Of a stretch of DNA of 64,000 nt, positions 1-9,667 are shown one piece after another (within the stretch, counting starts at the first letter, position 1; every line of letters begins with the position of its first letter). The position numbers and the translations under genes were made by a program. The stretch is from assembly GCA_964252075.1 (NCBI GenBank), contig CAXULY010000006.1, forward strand, positions 131,444 to 195,443, given 5' to 3'. The DNA is from an uncultured Deinococcaceae bacterium (lineage in GTDB: Bacteria > Deinococcota > Deinococci > Deinococcales > Deinococcaceae). The notes beneath the pieces were generated by a model, which was not told where the DNA came from, made no database searches, and saw only the letters and a list, made by a program, of their open reading frames with translations.

Positions 1-534
1 ACCGCCGAAATCGCGGCGCGCGCGGGCGTTACCCAACGCACCTTCTTCCGCCACTTCGCGAACAAGCGCGACACCCTCTTCGGCCAGGAGATCAGACTGC
101 AGACCGCCCTCGTAGACGCCGTCGCTCACGCGCCACCGCACCTCACCCCGGTCCAGACGACGCTGGTCGCGTTGCAAGCCGTGGAAGCGATCTTCGAGGA
201 ACAGCGCGCCTTTCTCGAGCCACGGTCCGCCGTCATCGCCGCGACGCCCGCCCTGAACGAGCGGGAGCTGACCAAGACCACAGCCTTGACCGGACTCCTG
301 GCCTCCGCGCTGGAACACCGCGGGATCGCCAAAGCGCTGGCCACGTTGGCCGCGCAGGCGAGCATGGCGGCCTGCCAGTATGCGATGACGGCGTGGCTGG
401 CCGACGGTTCCGTCCGGCTGAGCGTCCAGTTCGACCGGGCGTTCGCTCAGCTCTCTGGTTTGTTCTCCAATCCTCCTGAGCTTCAGGACACTGAGGTGAG
501 GAGCAGGACGAAGCGTGGACTGGAGAGCGACTGA
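1..534 (+). CDS. TetR-family transcriptional regulator (5' truncated by window edge)
   Basis: Frame 1 from base 1 reads TAEIAARAGVTQRTFFRHFANKRD (TetR HTH) and is open to TGA at 534. Confidence 0.85.
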   Translation, partial: TAEIAARAGVTQRTFFRHFANKRDTLFGQEIRLQTALVDAVAHAPPHLTPVQTTLVALQAVEAIFEEQRAFLEPRSAVIAATPALNERELTKTTALTGLLASALEHRGIAKALATLAAQASMAACQYAMTAWLADGSVRLSVQFDRAFAQLSGLFSNPPELQDTEVRSRTKRGLESD

Positions 535-905
535 CCGCATTGCCGAAGGTGCTGTATGGCCTGAGAAAGACGATACCGAGCGTCAGAACGCGTCGTCAAA
601 CACGGCGATATGGCGCTGGACCAGCCGCCGATGCATGGCCTCGTGGAGGTGCCACTCGACCGCGCAAGGTGAAGCCGGAGTGGACCCCGCCCGGTGCCGT
701 GCGGGGGGACTCCGGGGCAAATGCTGCACTTGGGAGCGCCGCGTGACAGGACTTCCGTTGATGCCTCACCCTGACCCCCATCTTGCGCCCAGTCGTGCGC
801 CCTCTTGGGACTGAACGACGGCGTTCAGTCCGTTTTGGACGCATCACGCCTCTGCGGTCTGGCGTCCGTAGTCGCAGTTTGGCTCTGGAGTTGTATGGGT
901 GCTCC

Positions 906-1682
906 TCAGGTGGTGGGCCAGCGGTGGCCGCTGATGGCCGCGCAGGCGGCGAGCACATGGCCCTGCAACGCTTCGTTGCGCGCCTGCGGGTGCACCTCGG
1001 CGGGCTGTTGGTGGTGGAAGTACTGGCCGCTGACCTGGGCGGCGGGGTCGTCGCTGACGGCCAGCCACGCCTGGGTAACGGGCGCGAGCGAGAGGTCGTC
1101 CGGGGCGTCCGGGCCGCCCATGCGGGTCGCGACCCAGCCGGGCTCGAGGGCGTTGGCATGGGTGTCCGGCCAGCGGCGCGCGGCGGCGAAGGCGAGCAGC
1201 ACGTCGAAGAGCTTCGAGTCCGCGTACGCCTGGAAGCCGCTCCAGGGGCGCCGCGCCCACTGGAGGTCCGTGAGGTCCGCCGAGCCGGAGCGGTGCAGGC
1301 CGGAGCTCAGGTACACCTGCCGGGCGGGGCGCTCGATGAGGGCCGTCAGGACGTAGGGCGCCAGGGTGTTGATGGCGAACACGTGCGAGAGGCCGTCTGC
1401 GGTGCGGATGCGGCGCGGTTCGCGGTACCCCACCCCGGCGTTGTGGATGACCGCGTCGAGGCGGCCCAGCGCGTTGGCCTGTTCGGCCACCGACCGCATC
1501 TCGGCGAGGCTGCTGAGGTCGCCGATCACGACGGTGCGGGCCTCGAGGTCCTGCGCGAAGGCCCGTTGGGCGCGGCTTTCGCTGCGCGCGTGGTCGACGA
1601 CCTGGTGGCCCTGCGCGCGCAGCAGGTCCGCGGCCATGCGGCCCAGGCCTTCGGTGGATCCAGTGATCAGGACGCGCGCCAT
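906..1682 (-). CDS. SDR-family NAD(P)-dependent oxidoreductase
   Basis: MARVLITGSTEGLG (TGxxxGxG), HNAG and YADSK (YxxxK). ATG at 1682 follows the upstream gene's stop. Confidence 0.9.
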   Translation of the reverse strand: MARVLITGSTEGLGRMAADLLRAQGHQVVDHARSESRAQRAFAQDLEARTVVIGDLSSLAEMRSVAEQANALGRLDAVIHNAGVGYREPRRIRTADGLSHVFAINTLAPYVLTALIERPARQVYLSSGLHRSGSADLTDLQWARRPWSGFQAYADSKLFDVLLAFAAARRWPDTHANALEPGWVATRMGGPDAPDDLSLAPVTQAWLAVSDDPAAQVSGQYFHHQQPAEVHPQARNEALQGHVLAACAAISGHRWPTT

Positions 1683-1683
1683 G

Positions 1684-2568
1684 TCAGTGCCGCTCCTCGC
1701 TTTGCCGCGCGAGGGCCTCGGTGAGCACGGTGTCCAGAGGCGTGGGGCCGAAGCGGTGTTCGGTGGCGGGGCCGTGGAAGAAGTCGATGAGGCCGGAGTT
1801 GAAGCCGTCGAGCATCTCGATGCGGCCTTCGCTGGGCGTGGCGCCCTGCGCGGCGAAGACGGTGGACCACGTGGAGCGGGGGATGGCGGTGGCGTGCACG
1901 GGGCGGCGCAGCACCCCGGTGAACGCGGCGGCGAGGTCGTCGGGGGAGGAGCGGCGGGGCCCTTCGAGTTCGATGATGCGCTCACCCGTCCAGCGCTGCT
2001 GCAGCAGGTCCGCGGCGACCGCGCCGATGTCGCGCGTGGCGACCATTGCGATGGCGCGATCGAGGGGCTGCAGGAAGCTCGGGAGTTCGCCGGTGTCGCG
2101 CGCGCCGGGCAGGTCCCAGACGGCGTTCTCCATGAACCACGCGGCGCGGATGAAGGCGGTGGGCAGACCCAGGGTGCGCAGTTCCCCTTCGAGGGTGTGG
2201 AGTTGTTCGAGGATGCCGGTGCCGCGGTGGCGCTCGGCACCGACGGTGGAGAGGACGACCAGCCGTTCCGGGCGCGCCGCGTCGAGGGCGGCGCGCAGGG
2301 CGTTCACGATGCGGCGCGTTTCGGGGAAGCCCGCGCTGGGCGTGAAGTTCGCGGGGATCATGACGAAGGCGCCCGTGACATCCGTGAAGGCGGCTTGCAG
2401 GGCGTCCGCGTCGTGGAGTTCCGCCACGGCGACTTCGGCGCCGCGCACCGTCCACATTTCAGCTTTGCTGGGGTCGCGCAGGACCGCACGGACCGCTTGA
2501 CCGTGGGCGAGGAGGGATCGGGCGGTGGCGCCGCCCACTTGACCGGTATTGCCGGTGATGGCGTGCAT
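1684..2568 (-). CDS. NmrA-family NAD(P)-binding protein
   Basis: MHAITGNTGQVGG Rossmann motif, IRAAWFMEN, MVATRDIG; GGAGG RBS. Confidence 0.88.
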   Translation of the reverse strand: MHAITGNTGQVGGATARSLLAHGQAVRAVLRDPSKAEMWTVRGAEVAVAELHDADALQAAFTDVTGAFVMIPANFTPSAGFPETRRIVNALRAALDAARPERLVVLSTVGAERHRGTGILEQLHTLEGELRTLGLPTAFIRAAWFMENAVWDLPGARDTGELPSFLQPLDRAIAMVATRDIGAVAADLLQQRWTGERIIELEGPRRSSPDDLAAAFTGVLRRPVHATAIPRSTWSTVFAAQGATPSEGRIEMLDGFNSGLIDFFHGPATEHRFGPTPLDTVLTEALARQSEERH

Positions 2569-2623
2569 GAGGACCTCCGGGGCGCGTGTGCGCCCCAGTC
2601 GTGGGGTGAAACGGTGGTGTGCC

Positions 2624-3217
2624 CTAGCGGGCGTTGAGGCCGCGCGTGATGAGCGTCCAGACCGCCTCAAAGTGCGGGTCAGGGTGGGGGGCGGTCCAGC
2701 CTGCGGCGTGCGCGGGGTCGTGGAAGCGGGCGGTGGCGTCCAGCACCGCCCGCCCGGCGGCGTGCGGGTCGTCGGTCTGGAAGGCCCCCTGCTGCACGCC
2801 GTCCGTGATGATCAGGGCGAGCTGCCGGGCCAGTTCGGTGCGGTGTTCGGTGACCACGTCTTTCGCCTCGGCGGCGAGTTGCAGGTAGTTGGTGAACAGC
2901 TCAGGGTCGCCCTTGGCGCGCGCGTGCTTGGCGCGGATGAGCGCGTCCAGCCAGGCGCGCAGGCGGGACATGGCGGGGCCGTTGGCGTGCGCGATGCCCG
3001 TGAGGTCGGGCAACACGCCCTCAAGCCAGCGGGCGGTGACGGCCTCCCGCAGGGCCGCCTTGCTGGGGTAGTGGCGGTAGACGGTGCCGTGACTGACGCC
3101 GAGGGCGCGGGCCACGTCCACGACGGTGGCCTTGGCAGGACCGTGGCGGCGCAGGACTTCTTCGGCGGTATCGAGGATGCGTTCGGGCGTGAGGGGGCCG
3201 GATGGGGGCATGGGCAC
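2624..3217 (-). CDS. TetR-family transcriptional regulator
   Basis: KATVVDVARALGVSHGTVYRHYPSK HTH. Confidence 0.92.
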   Translation of the reverse strand: MPMPPSGPLTPERILDTAEEVLRRHGPAKATVVDVARALGVSHGTVYRHYPSKAALREAVTARWLEGVLPDLTGIAHANGPAMSRLRAWLDALIRAKHARAKGDPELFTNYLQLAAEAKDVVTEHRTELARQLALIITDGVQQGAFQTDDPHAAGRAVLDATARFHDPAHAAGWTAPHPDPHFEAVWTLITRGLNAR

Positions 3218-3270
3218 GGGACCTCCGGAGGGCGGGTCTTGAGGCCCGTGCCGTCATGGTAGTCCGACAG

Positions 3271-3294
3271 ATGACAAAAATCAATACTTGTCAT
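3271..3294. promoter_or_regulatory. Putative TetR operator (ATGACAA-N10-TTGTCAT)
   Basis: AT-rich inverted repeat just upstream of the TetR-NmrA-SDR operon. Confidence 0.6.
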
Positions 3295-3720
3295 TTCAGC
3301 CCGCACTGCTGGTCCATCCGCTGCACGCCCGCCTCCACCCGCACGCGCACCACCCTCCCCCTGCCTGGGGCGCACTTTGAGCGTGTGCCGCCCACGCTTA
3401 GTCGACCGTGCGCTGAGGAAACCAGGTGATGGTTCACGCCGCGGCGCGGCGCGGAGCTTGGGCCTGCAGGCCGGTCACACCAAGGGGTAAGGCCTCTGTG
3501 TGGCTGTTTGTTGTGGCTTCTCGGCGCGTCCCTGCGGTCAGGTTCGGGCCCTTCAGCTCGCGCGCCAACAGAAAGAATTTTAGATGAAAGCGATATGTAG
3601 CATGCGTGAGGAATCCCTGAGTCCATGACCTCCGACGCCTTCTCCTCACGGTTCCACCCTCACGCGCGACGCGACTGCACACCAGCCGTCCGCGCGGGGC
3701 GCCCCTGCACCGGAGGTGCA

Positions 3721-4269
3721 ATGAAGAAACAAACCATCCTCCTTCTCATTGCGGCGACCGCCGCCCCCGCGCTCGCCGCGACCGTCGAAGGTCCCGGCAG
3801 CACCCAGAGCAACGTGACCGTCAAGACCAAGATCGGCTCGGCCTGCGTCATGAGCGTCAACGGCCCCGTCACCCTCGCGCCCACCTTGTACTGGACCAGC
3901 AGCACCGACGCGACCGGCACCACCAACGTCAACGTCCGCTGCAACGAGGGCACGCAGTTCGTCCTGAGTGCCCCCACCACCGCGACGCTCAGGAATGGCG
4001 CCGCCAGCATCACCGCCGCCATCAACGGCGGCTCCAACGGCGCCGTCACCGCCAGCGCCCTGAATGGCGTCTCTATGGCGTCCGGGCACGACTACCCGTT
4101 CAACGTGACGGTCGCCGCCACCCAGCTCAGCACCACCACCCCCGCCGGGCCGTACAGCGGCACCGCCACCGTGACCCTCGACGTCGTCAGCCCGGCCGAT
4201 CCCACCGACATCGACACCTGCCCCGTCATCGGTCCCGTCGGCATCCCCCTCTCCCGCACGGCGCTGTAA
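3721..4269 (+). CDS. Spore coat protein U (SCPU)/Csu-type pilin subunit
   Basis: GGAGG RBS, signal peptide, two Cys (SACVMS...VRCNEG), C-terminal PAGPYSGTATVTL. Confidence 0.8.
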   Translation: MKKQTILLLIAATAAPALAATVEGPGSTQSNVTVKTKIGSACVMSVNGPVTLAPTLYWTSSTDATGTTNVNVRCNEGTQFVLSAPTTATLRNGAASITAAINGGSNGAVTASALNGVSMASGHDYPFNVTVAATQLSTTTPAGPYSGTATVTLDVVSPADPTDIDTCPVIGPVGIPLSRTAL

Positions 4270-4287
4270 CCCACGCCAGGAGCCCCC

Positions 4288-4782
4288 ATGCGTAACCTCA
4301 CCCTGATGACCCTGCTCGCCGGCACCCTCGGCGTCGCTTCCGCCCAGACCACCGTCACCGGCGTCGGCTCCAACAGCACCACCGTCACCATCAACGCGAC
4401 CGTCGGCCCGGCCTGCCAGATGAACACCAGCACCAGCAGCGTCACGCTCAGCCCCACGCTGTACTGGACCAACACCACCGACGCCACCGGCAACTTCAGC
4501 GTCAACGTCAAGTGCAACGTCGGCACGCCCTTCAACCTGCAGGTGCCCGCGACCCTCGCCCTCACCAATGGCGGCGCGAGCATCCACGCCGCCCTCACCG
4601 GCGCGGCGACGAACGTCGTGGCCAGCGAGAGCGGCGCCAACACCGTCGCCAGCAGCGCCGGCCAGTCCTACCCCGTGAACATCAGCGTCGCGCACGGCGA
4701 AGTCACGCAGAGCCAGCCGACCGGCCTGTACCAGGGCACCGCGACCGTGACCCTCGAGATCCTCGCGCCCGCGGTGCCCTGA
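4288..4782 (+). CDS. SCPU/Csu-type pilin subunit, paralog of upstream gene
   Basis: Signal peptide, PACQM...VKCNVG, C-terminal PTGLYQGTATVTL; shares VTLxPTLYWTxxTDATG with the upstream pilin. Confidence 0.82.
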   Translation: MRNLTLMTLLAGTLGVASAQTTVTGVGSNSTTVTINATVGPACQMNTSTSSVTLSPTLYWTNTTDATGNFSVNVKCNVGTPFNLQVPATLALTNGGASIHAALTGAATNVVASESGANTVASSAGQSYPVNISVAHGEVTQSQPTGLYQGTATVTLEILAPAVP

Positions 4783-4876
4783 CCGGACCCGCAACACCCT
4801 GGGGCGCTCACGCGGGGCGCCCCTCATTTCGAACCACCCCAACACGAGACGCTCAACGACCCACCCCGGAGGTTCC

Positions 4877-5617
4877 ATGGCCTTGTTCCCCCCCACCACC
4901 CTCGCCCGCGCCTTCTTCCGCGCGGCGCTCGCGGCGCTCCTGCTCGGCGGCGCGGACGCCGGGACGTCCCTGCAGTTCAGCCCGACGCACCTGCAACTGC
5001 GCAGCAGCCAGACCAGCACCCTCGTCGTTATCCGCAACATCAGCGACCAGACCGCCACCTTCTCCACCGAACTCCTCCACTGGACGCAGGACGGGCAGGA
5101 CCAGTACGACGCCACGCGGGACTTCATCGTGAACCCCGGCCGCTTCACGCTGGCGCCCGGGCAGGAGCAGACGGTGCGCCTCGCGTGGCGCGCCGCCCCG
5201 GTCACGCAGGAGCGCGCCTACCGCCTGTACGTGCAGGAACTGCCGGCCGCCACCGCGCAGGGCGGCGCGGACGGCACCGTCGCGCAGGTCACGACGCTCT
5301 ACCGGGTGGGCCTGCCGCTGTTCGTCACGCCCGCCGCGCAGCCCGCCAGCGCGCCCGAGGTGGCCTTCACCGCCGTCCGCACCCCCGATGGGCTGCGCGT
5401 CACCTTGCGCAACACCACCGCCCGCTACACCCTGGTGCGCGAACTGCAGTTCGCGCAAAGCGACACGCGCACGACGCCCGCGGCGTTCAACCTGCTCGGC
5501 GGTGGCGCCCTCACCTTCACCTTGCCCAGCGTGCCCGGCGCCCGCAAAGTCGACATCAGCGCGAAGTTCGGCGCGAGCGACGAGACGCGCCGCCTCACGC
5601 TCGAGTTGCGCCCTTGA
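4877..5617 (+). CDS. Pilus assembly chaperone (PapD/CsuC-like)
   Basis: SPTHLQL, VNPGRFTLAPGQEQTVRL, QERAYRLYVQELP, LPLFVTP. Confidence 0.88.
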   Translation: MALFPPTTLARAFFRAALAALLLGGADAGTSLQFSPTHLQLRSSQTSTLVVIRNISDQTATFSTELLHWTQDGQDQYDATRDFIVNPGRFTLAPGQEQTVRLAWRAAPVTQERAYRLYVQELPAATAQGGADGTVAQVTTLYRVGLPLFVTPAAQPASAPEVAFTAVRTPDGLRVTLRNTTARYTLVRELQFAQSDTRTTPAAFNLLGGGALTFTLPSVPGARKVDISAKFGASDETRRLTLELRP

Positions 5618-7773
5618 CGGCGCGCGTCGCCGCCCGCCGTTCAGGCGCGGCGCGCCCGGTCCTGCTGCTCGCCCTCCTGCTGGGCGCCGCGCAGGCCGCC
5701 GGCACCGCCCCCGCTCCGGTGGCCGCGTTGCCCGTCGGGGCGCCTGAGGCGCCCTGCGTGGCCGCGCCGCTCCTGCTGCAGGTGACGGTCGGCCACACGG
5801 ACCGCGGCGTGCACCTCGCGTACCAGACGCCGGACGGCCTGTGGCTCGCGAGTGCCGCGTTCCAGCCGTCCGAAGCGGGCTACCTCAGCGCGCGCGCCAC
5901 CTGCGACGGGGAGGCGCTCGTCCTGCTGCGTCCCGACGTGCGCTTCACCCTCGACCCGCGGGGGCTGACCGTGCGCATCGACGAGAACCTCGCGCTGCTC
6001 CCCACCACCACGCAGCGCGTCACGGACACCACGGCCGACCTGTCCAGCGCCCTGCCGCTGGTGCGCTTCACGTACGACGTCCGGGGCGCGGTGAACGTCA
6101 CGAACCTCGCGCAGAGCGCGCGCGAGCAGACGCAGTTCAAGCTGGAGTACGCGCAGGGCCCCTACCACCTGGACGCGGCGCACGCCCAGGCGTACGCGGC
6201 GGGCCGGTTCACGCAGTGGTGGACCGTCGGCGCGGACGCGCAGCTCACGCCCACCGCGACCGCCGGGCTGTTCGTGACCGGCGCGGACACCACCACCTTC
6301 GGCGTTCGCGCCACCCTCAACCGCTTCACCCTGGCGGAACTGCCCGCCTTCGAAGTGACCCTCGCGTCCGACGCGGACGTGGAGGTCCTCATGAACAACG
6401 TCACGGTCCGGACGGTGCACGCGTCCGCCGGTCGCGTCCTCATCGAGGGGCTCAGGCCCGGCGAGAGCCGCGGCACGGTCGAGGTGCGCTGGCGCGAGGG
6501 TGACCTCGCCCGCAGCGTCACGCGGCCCTACGACCTCCAGAGCGCGTACGGCGCCGGGAGTTACAGCGCGCAGGGCGCGCTCGGCTGGAGTGTCGGCCGG
6601 GGCGTCCGCGCGGACGCGAACGCCACCGTGTTGATCGACCCGCGCGCGCGCCTCACCGCCGACCTGCGCAGCGTCGGCGGTTTCGGCCGCGCCAACCTCC
6701 AGGGCACGTACCTCGCGGGGCCCGTCGCGTTCGGCCTGGGCGGCACGGTCGACTGGACGACGCCCACACCCTGGAGCGCCGTTCAGGGGCAGGTCGCGTG
6801 GCTCAACCCGCTCGGCACCCTCGGGCTGACCGCGACGCTCGCGCCCGGCCGTCCCGACTTCAGCGGCGTCGGTGTGAACGTCGCCCTGGGGCAGGGCCCG
6901 TGGAACGTGCTCGGGCAGGTGAGCGTGAACGCGCAGCGCGCCGCGGTGGCCGCCGCGAGCTTCAGCTTCCACCCCACCGCCCGCGGCACCACCACGCTCT
7001 CCGCCGAAGCCCGCCCGGGTCGGGTGACCGTCACGCTCTCCGGACGCTACCTCCCCACGGACACCAGCGTCCTCGACGTGCAGCTCAGCCCGAGCGTCCC
7101 GTCCCGCGTGGCGTTCACCAACCAGTCCGGGCCGAACACCGTGGGCGTCGCGTACGACACCGCGCAGGGCGGCGTGGTCAGCTACGACCACAACGACACC
7201 ATCAACGTCGGCGCGAGCCTCACGACGGCGGGCGTCGTCACCGCCGGCGCGAACGGCAGCGTCGCCTGGGTGGGCGGGACCCTCGGCCACACGGGCGACC
7301 AGACCGGCGCCTCGCTGCTGCTGCACCTCGGCGTGCCCGGCGTGGTCGTTCACGCGGCCGGACAGACCGCCACATCCGACGCGCAGGGCGACGCCATCCT
7401 GACGGGCCTGCCGAGCCGCGTGCCGCTGCAGGTCAACGTGGACCTCGACGAACTCCCCATCGAGGTCGGCCTGCAGAGCACCAGCGTCAAGGTCACGCTG
7501 TCGGACGCGGGCGTCCAGGCGTACGACTGGCGCGGCAACTTCACCCGCTCGACGTGGTGGCAGCTGCAGTGGTCCGCGACGGAACCCGCCGCGCTCGCCG
7601 TGCTGGACCTGCCGGACGGGCAGCAGCTCCTCGCGGACGAGGCGGGCCGCGTCCTCCTCCCGCCCTCCTCGACCCTCACGGGCGCGACGATGCACGACGG
7701 GACGCCCGCGTCCACCCGGAGTTGCGCGCTCACCGCGAACCCCACCTCAGGAGTGCTCTTGTGCGTCCACTGA
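5614..7773 (+). CDS. Divergent fimbrial usher-like outer-membrane protein
   Basis: TTG overlaps the chaperone stop; signal-like N-terminus, amphipathic beta strands, SDAQGDAILTGL and VDLDELPIE usher C-terminal-like motifs; operon position. Start uncertain. Confidence 0.72.
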   Translation: MTARVAARRSGAARPVLLLALLLGAAQAAGTAPAPVAALPVGAPEAPCVAAPLLLQVTVGHTDRGVHLAYQTPDGLWLASAAFQPSEAGYLSARATCDGEALVLLRPDVRFTLDPRGLTVRIDENLALLPTTTQRVTDTTADLSSALPLVRFTYDVRGAVNVTNLAQSAREQTQFKLEYAQGPYHLDAAHAQAYAAGRFTQWWTVGADAQLTPTATAGLFVTGADTTTFGVRATLNRFTLAELPAFEVTLASDADVEVLMNNVTVRTVHASAGRVLIEGLRPGESRGTVEVRWREGDLARSVTRPYDLQSAYGAGSYSAQGALGWSVGRGVRADANATVLIDPRARLTADLRSVGGFGRANLQGTYLAGPVAFGLGGTVDWTTPTPWSAVQGQVAWLNPLGTLGLTATLAPGRPDFSGVGVNVALGQGPWNVLGQVSVNAQRAAVAAASFSFHPTARGTTTLSAEARPGRVTVTLSGRYLPTDTSVLDVQLSPSVPSRVAFTNQSGPNTVGVAYDTAQGGVVSYDHNDTINVGASLTTAGVVTAGANGSVAWVGGTLGHTGDQTGASLLLHLGVPGVVVHAAGQTATSDAQGDAILTGLPSRVPLQVNVDLDELPIEVGLQSTSVKVTLSDAGVQAYDWRGNFTRSTWWQLQWSATEPAALAVLDLPDGQQLLADEAGRVLLPPSSTLTGATMHDGTPASTRSCALTANPTSGVLLCVH

Positions 7774-8237
7774 TGCTGCTGGCCCTCCCGGCCCCCGCCC
7801 TCGCGCAAAGCGCCTCGTGCACGCTCACCGGGCAGAACATCCAGGTGAACGCGTACACCTGGACGCAGGCCGCCAGCAGCGCTGGCGTGGCGGCGACCGT
7901 CGCGTGCGACCTGCCGCCCGGCACCAGCGTGTCCTTCCGGGTGGGCGTCGACATGCTGGACCGTCGCCCGGACGGCCAGCGGGTACTGCACCCGCCCGGT
8001 CTGGGCGCCCCGCTCCTGTATGCGCTCAGCCTGCTCGATCTGGGCGGCCCGTGGCCCTGGGGGGACGGAACGGGCGGCACCGTCACGTTCTCCCGCACGC
8101 GGACGAGCGGGGAGGGCGGGTTGACCTCGTCGAACGACGACGTGATGGTCATGCTGGACGTGCCCGCCGGTCAGATGGTCGAGGCGGGCACGTACACGGA
8201 CGCCGTGACGATCACGCTGGACGTGCTCGCCCCGTAA
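7761..8237 (+). CDS. SCPU/Csu-type pilin (possible tip subunit)
   Basis: AGGAG then GTG at 7761; signal peptide, SCTL...VACD, WGDGTGGT, C-terminal AGTYTDAVTITL. Confidence 0.82.
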   Translation: MRPLMLLALPAPALAQSASCTLTGQNIQVNAYTWTQAASSAGVAATVACDLPPGTSVSFRVGVDMLDRRPDGQRVLHPPGLGAPLLYALSLLDLGGPWPWGDGTGGTVTFSRTRTSGEGGLTSSNDDVMVMLDVPAGQMVEAGTYTDAVTITLDVLAP

Positions 8238-8520
8238 GTGGGGCCGCACCTCCAGCGGAGGGGACGGTTCGCAGGCGCGCGCGAACCCGACGCCCAGCGA
8301 CGAGGCCGGACGAGGCGCGCCTCTGGTGGAGGTGCAGGCGCTCCGGGCCTCTGGAGCACGACGTCTTCGTACGCCTGAGCCCACCGCGCTGGGCGCACCA
8401 CGTGCGGTCCGGCTATCCCTCTTGTTGCTCGATGCCGTCCCCGGCGAGCCATGGCCTACCCGCGGCCCGGCCGTCAGCACCACTGGCGATTCCGCCGGGT
8501 CTCCTGGGCATACTGCAGGG

Positions 8521-9420
8521 GTGGACGCCCAAGATGACCTCGCCGCCCTTGAACGCGCGCTGCGGAGGGCCTTCGGGCGGCCGCCCCGCGACGTCCTGCG
8601 CCTCACCACCGGCGCTTCCACCAGCCGGGTTTATCAGGCCTCCCTGGACGGCCACCCGCCGGTCGTCGTCAAGGTGAACGCCCACCCACCTCGACTCGCG
8701 GGGATGGCGCACAACCTCGAGGTCCTGGGCGACCTGGGACTCCCCGTCCCGCAGGTGCTGCACGTGGACATCGAACCCGCACCGGGTGAGGACGCGCTGG
8801 TCGTGATGTCCGCCATCCCCGGCCGGGACCTGCGGCACGTGCTGGGCACCTTGAGCCGTCGGCAGATGCACGAGGTGGCGCGCGCCGTCGTGGACGCGCA
8901 GCGCAAGGTCGGGACGCGCCCGGAAGGCCGCGGGTACGGCTGGGTGCCGGAAGGCGCCCCCGTGGACTTCGCCCGCTGGACGGACGTCATCGAGCGGGAC
9001 TGGCGGCGCGTCGAGCCCCACTGGCGCGACCTGCAGCTCCCGAACGCCGTCGAGCTGCCACAGCAACTCGAGGCCCTGCGCCCGTACTTCAGTGCGGTCC
9101 CGGCGCGGTGCTTTCTGGACGACCTCACCACCAAGAACGTGATGATTGAGGGTGGAGCGCTGGCGGGCTTCGTGGATTTCGACGTGGTGTGTTACGGCGA
9201 CCCGCTGTACTGGCTGGCCCTGACGCGCGCTGCGGTGCGGGCGGACGTGGGGGAAGCGGGGCGACCGTACCTGGAGGCGCTGGAGCGGCTGTGGGCGCTG
9301 ACTGCCGAGCAGCGGCGCGTCGCGCGCCTGTACGAGCGGATGCACCTGCTGAACTTCTGGGGCCACGCGGGCAGCGATGAGGAGCGCACCTGGGTGCGGA
9401 CGGTGCTCGAACAGACGTAG
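8521..9420 (+). CDS. Aminoglycoside phosphotransferase (APH)/choline-kinase-like protein
   Basis: VVVKV, LPVPQVL, DDLTTKNV, VDFD, YGDP. Start chosen from CATACT -10 box 6 nt upstream of GTG 8521. Confidence 0.8.
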   Translation: MDAQDDLAALERALRRAFGRPPRDVLRLTTGASTSRVYQASLDGHPPVVVKVNAHPPRLAGMAHNLEVLGDLGLPVPQVLHVDIEPAPGEDALVVMSAIPGRDLRHVLGTLSRRQMHEVARAVVDAQRKVGTRPEGRGYGWVPEGAPVDFARWTDVIERDWRRVEPHWRDLQLPNAVELPQQLEALRPYFSAVPARCFLDDLTTKNVMIEGGALAGFVDFDVVCYGDPLYWLALTRAAVRADVGEAGRPYLEALERLWALTAEQRRVARLYERMHLLNFWGHAGSDEERTWVRTVLEQT

Positions 9421-9504
9421 CCTTTGGCCGCGGTGGGAACGTCCGCGTCCTGCGCCGCAATGAGCGCGGCGGTAGAGCGGCAGGCCCTCCTCTGGGCGGC
9501 CGGT

Positions 9505-9547
9505 GCGGCGGATTCGTCGGGCTGGGCGACACGACCGAATCCGCCGC
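9505..9547. terminator. Stem-loop downstream of APH gene
   Basis: GCGGCGGATTCG...CGAATCCGCCGC 12-bp inverted repeat. Confidence 0.45.
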
Positions 9548-9601
9548 CTCTCCTCTGAGCGACCCCCGCCTGATACCGTTCCGCGGGGTCAAAATCTGAA
9601 C

Positions 9602-9652
9602 TTGACTTTTCTTGGGTCGATTCCTACACTTCTTACTTAAGTCACCAAGTAA
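9602..9652 (+). promoter_or_regulatory. Sigma70 promoter plus ROK operator
   Basis: TTGACT-17 nt-TACACT (9602-9630), then palindrome TTACTT-N8-AAGTAA (9633-9652). Confidence 0.75.
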
Positions 9653-9667
9653 AGAAAGAGGGGGTGG

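Noticed and set aside
3430..3570. Possible c-di-GMP-II-like riboswitch near the pilus operon (minus-strand TGGTGTGACCGGC)
   Set aside because: Pseudoknot partner and GAAG context fit poorly, and it points away from the pilus genes; would need an Infernal search
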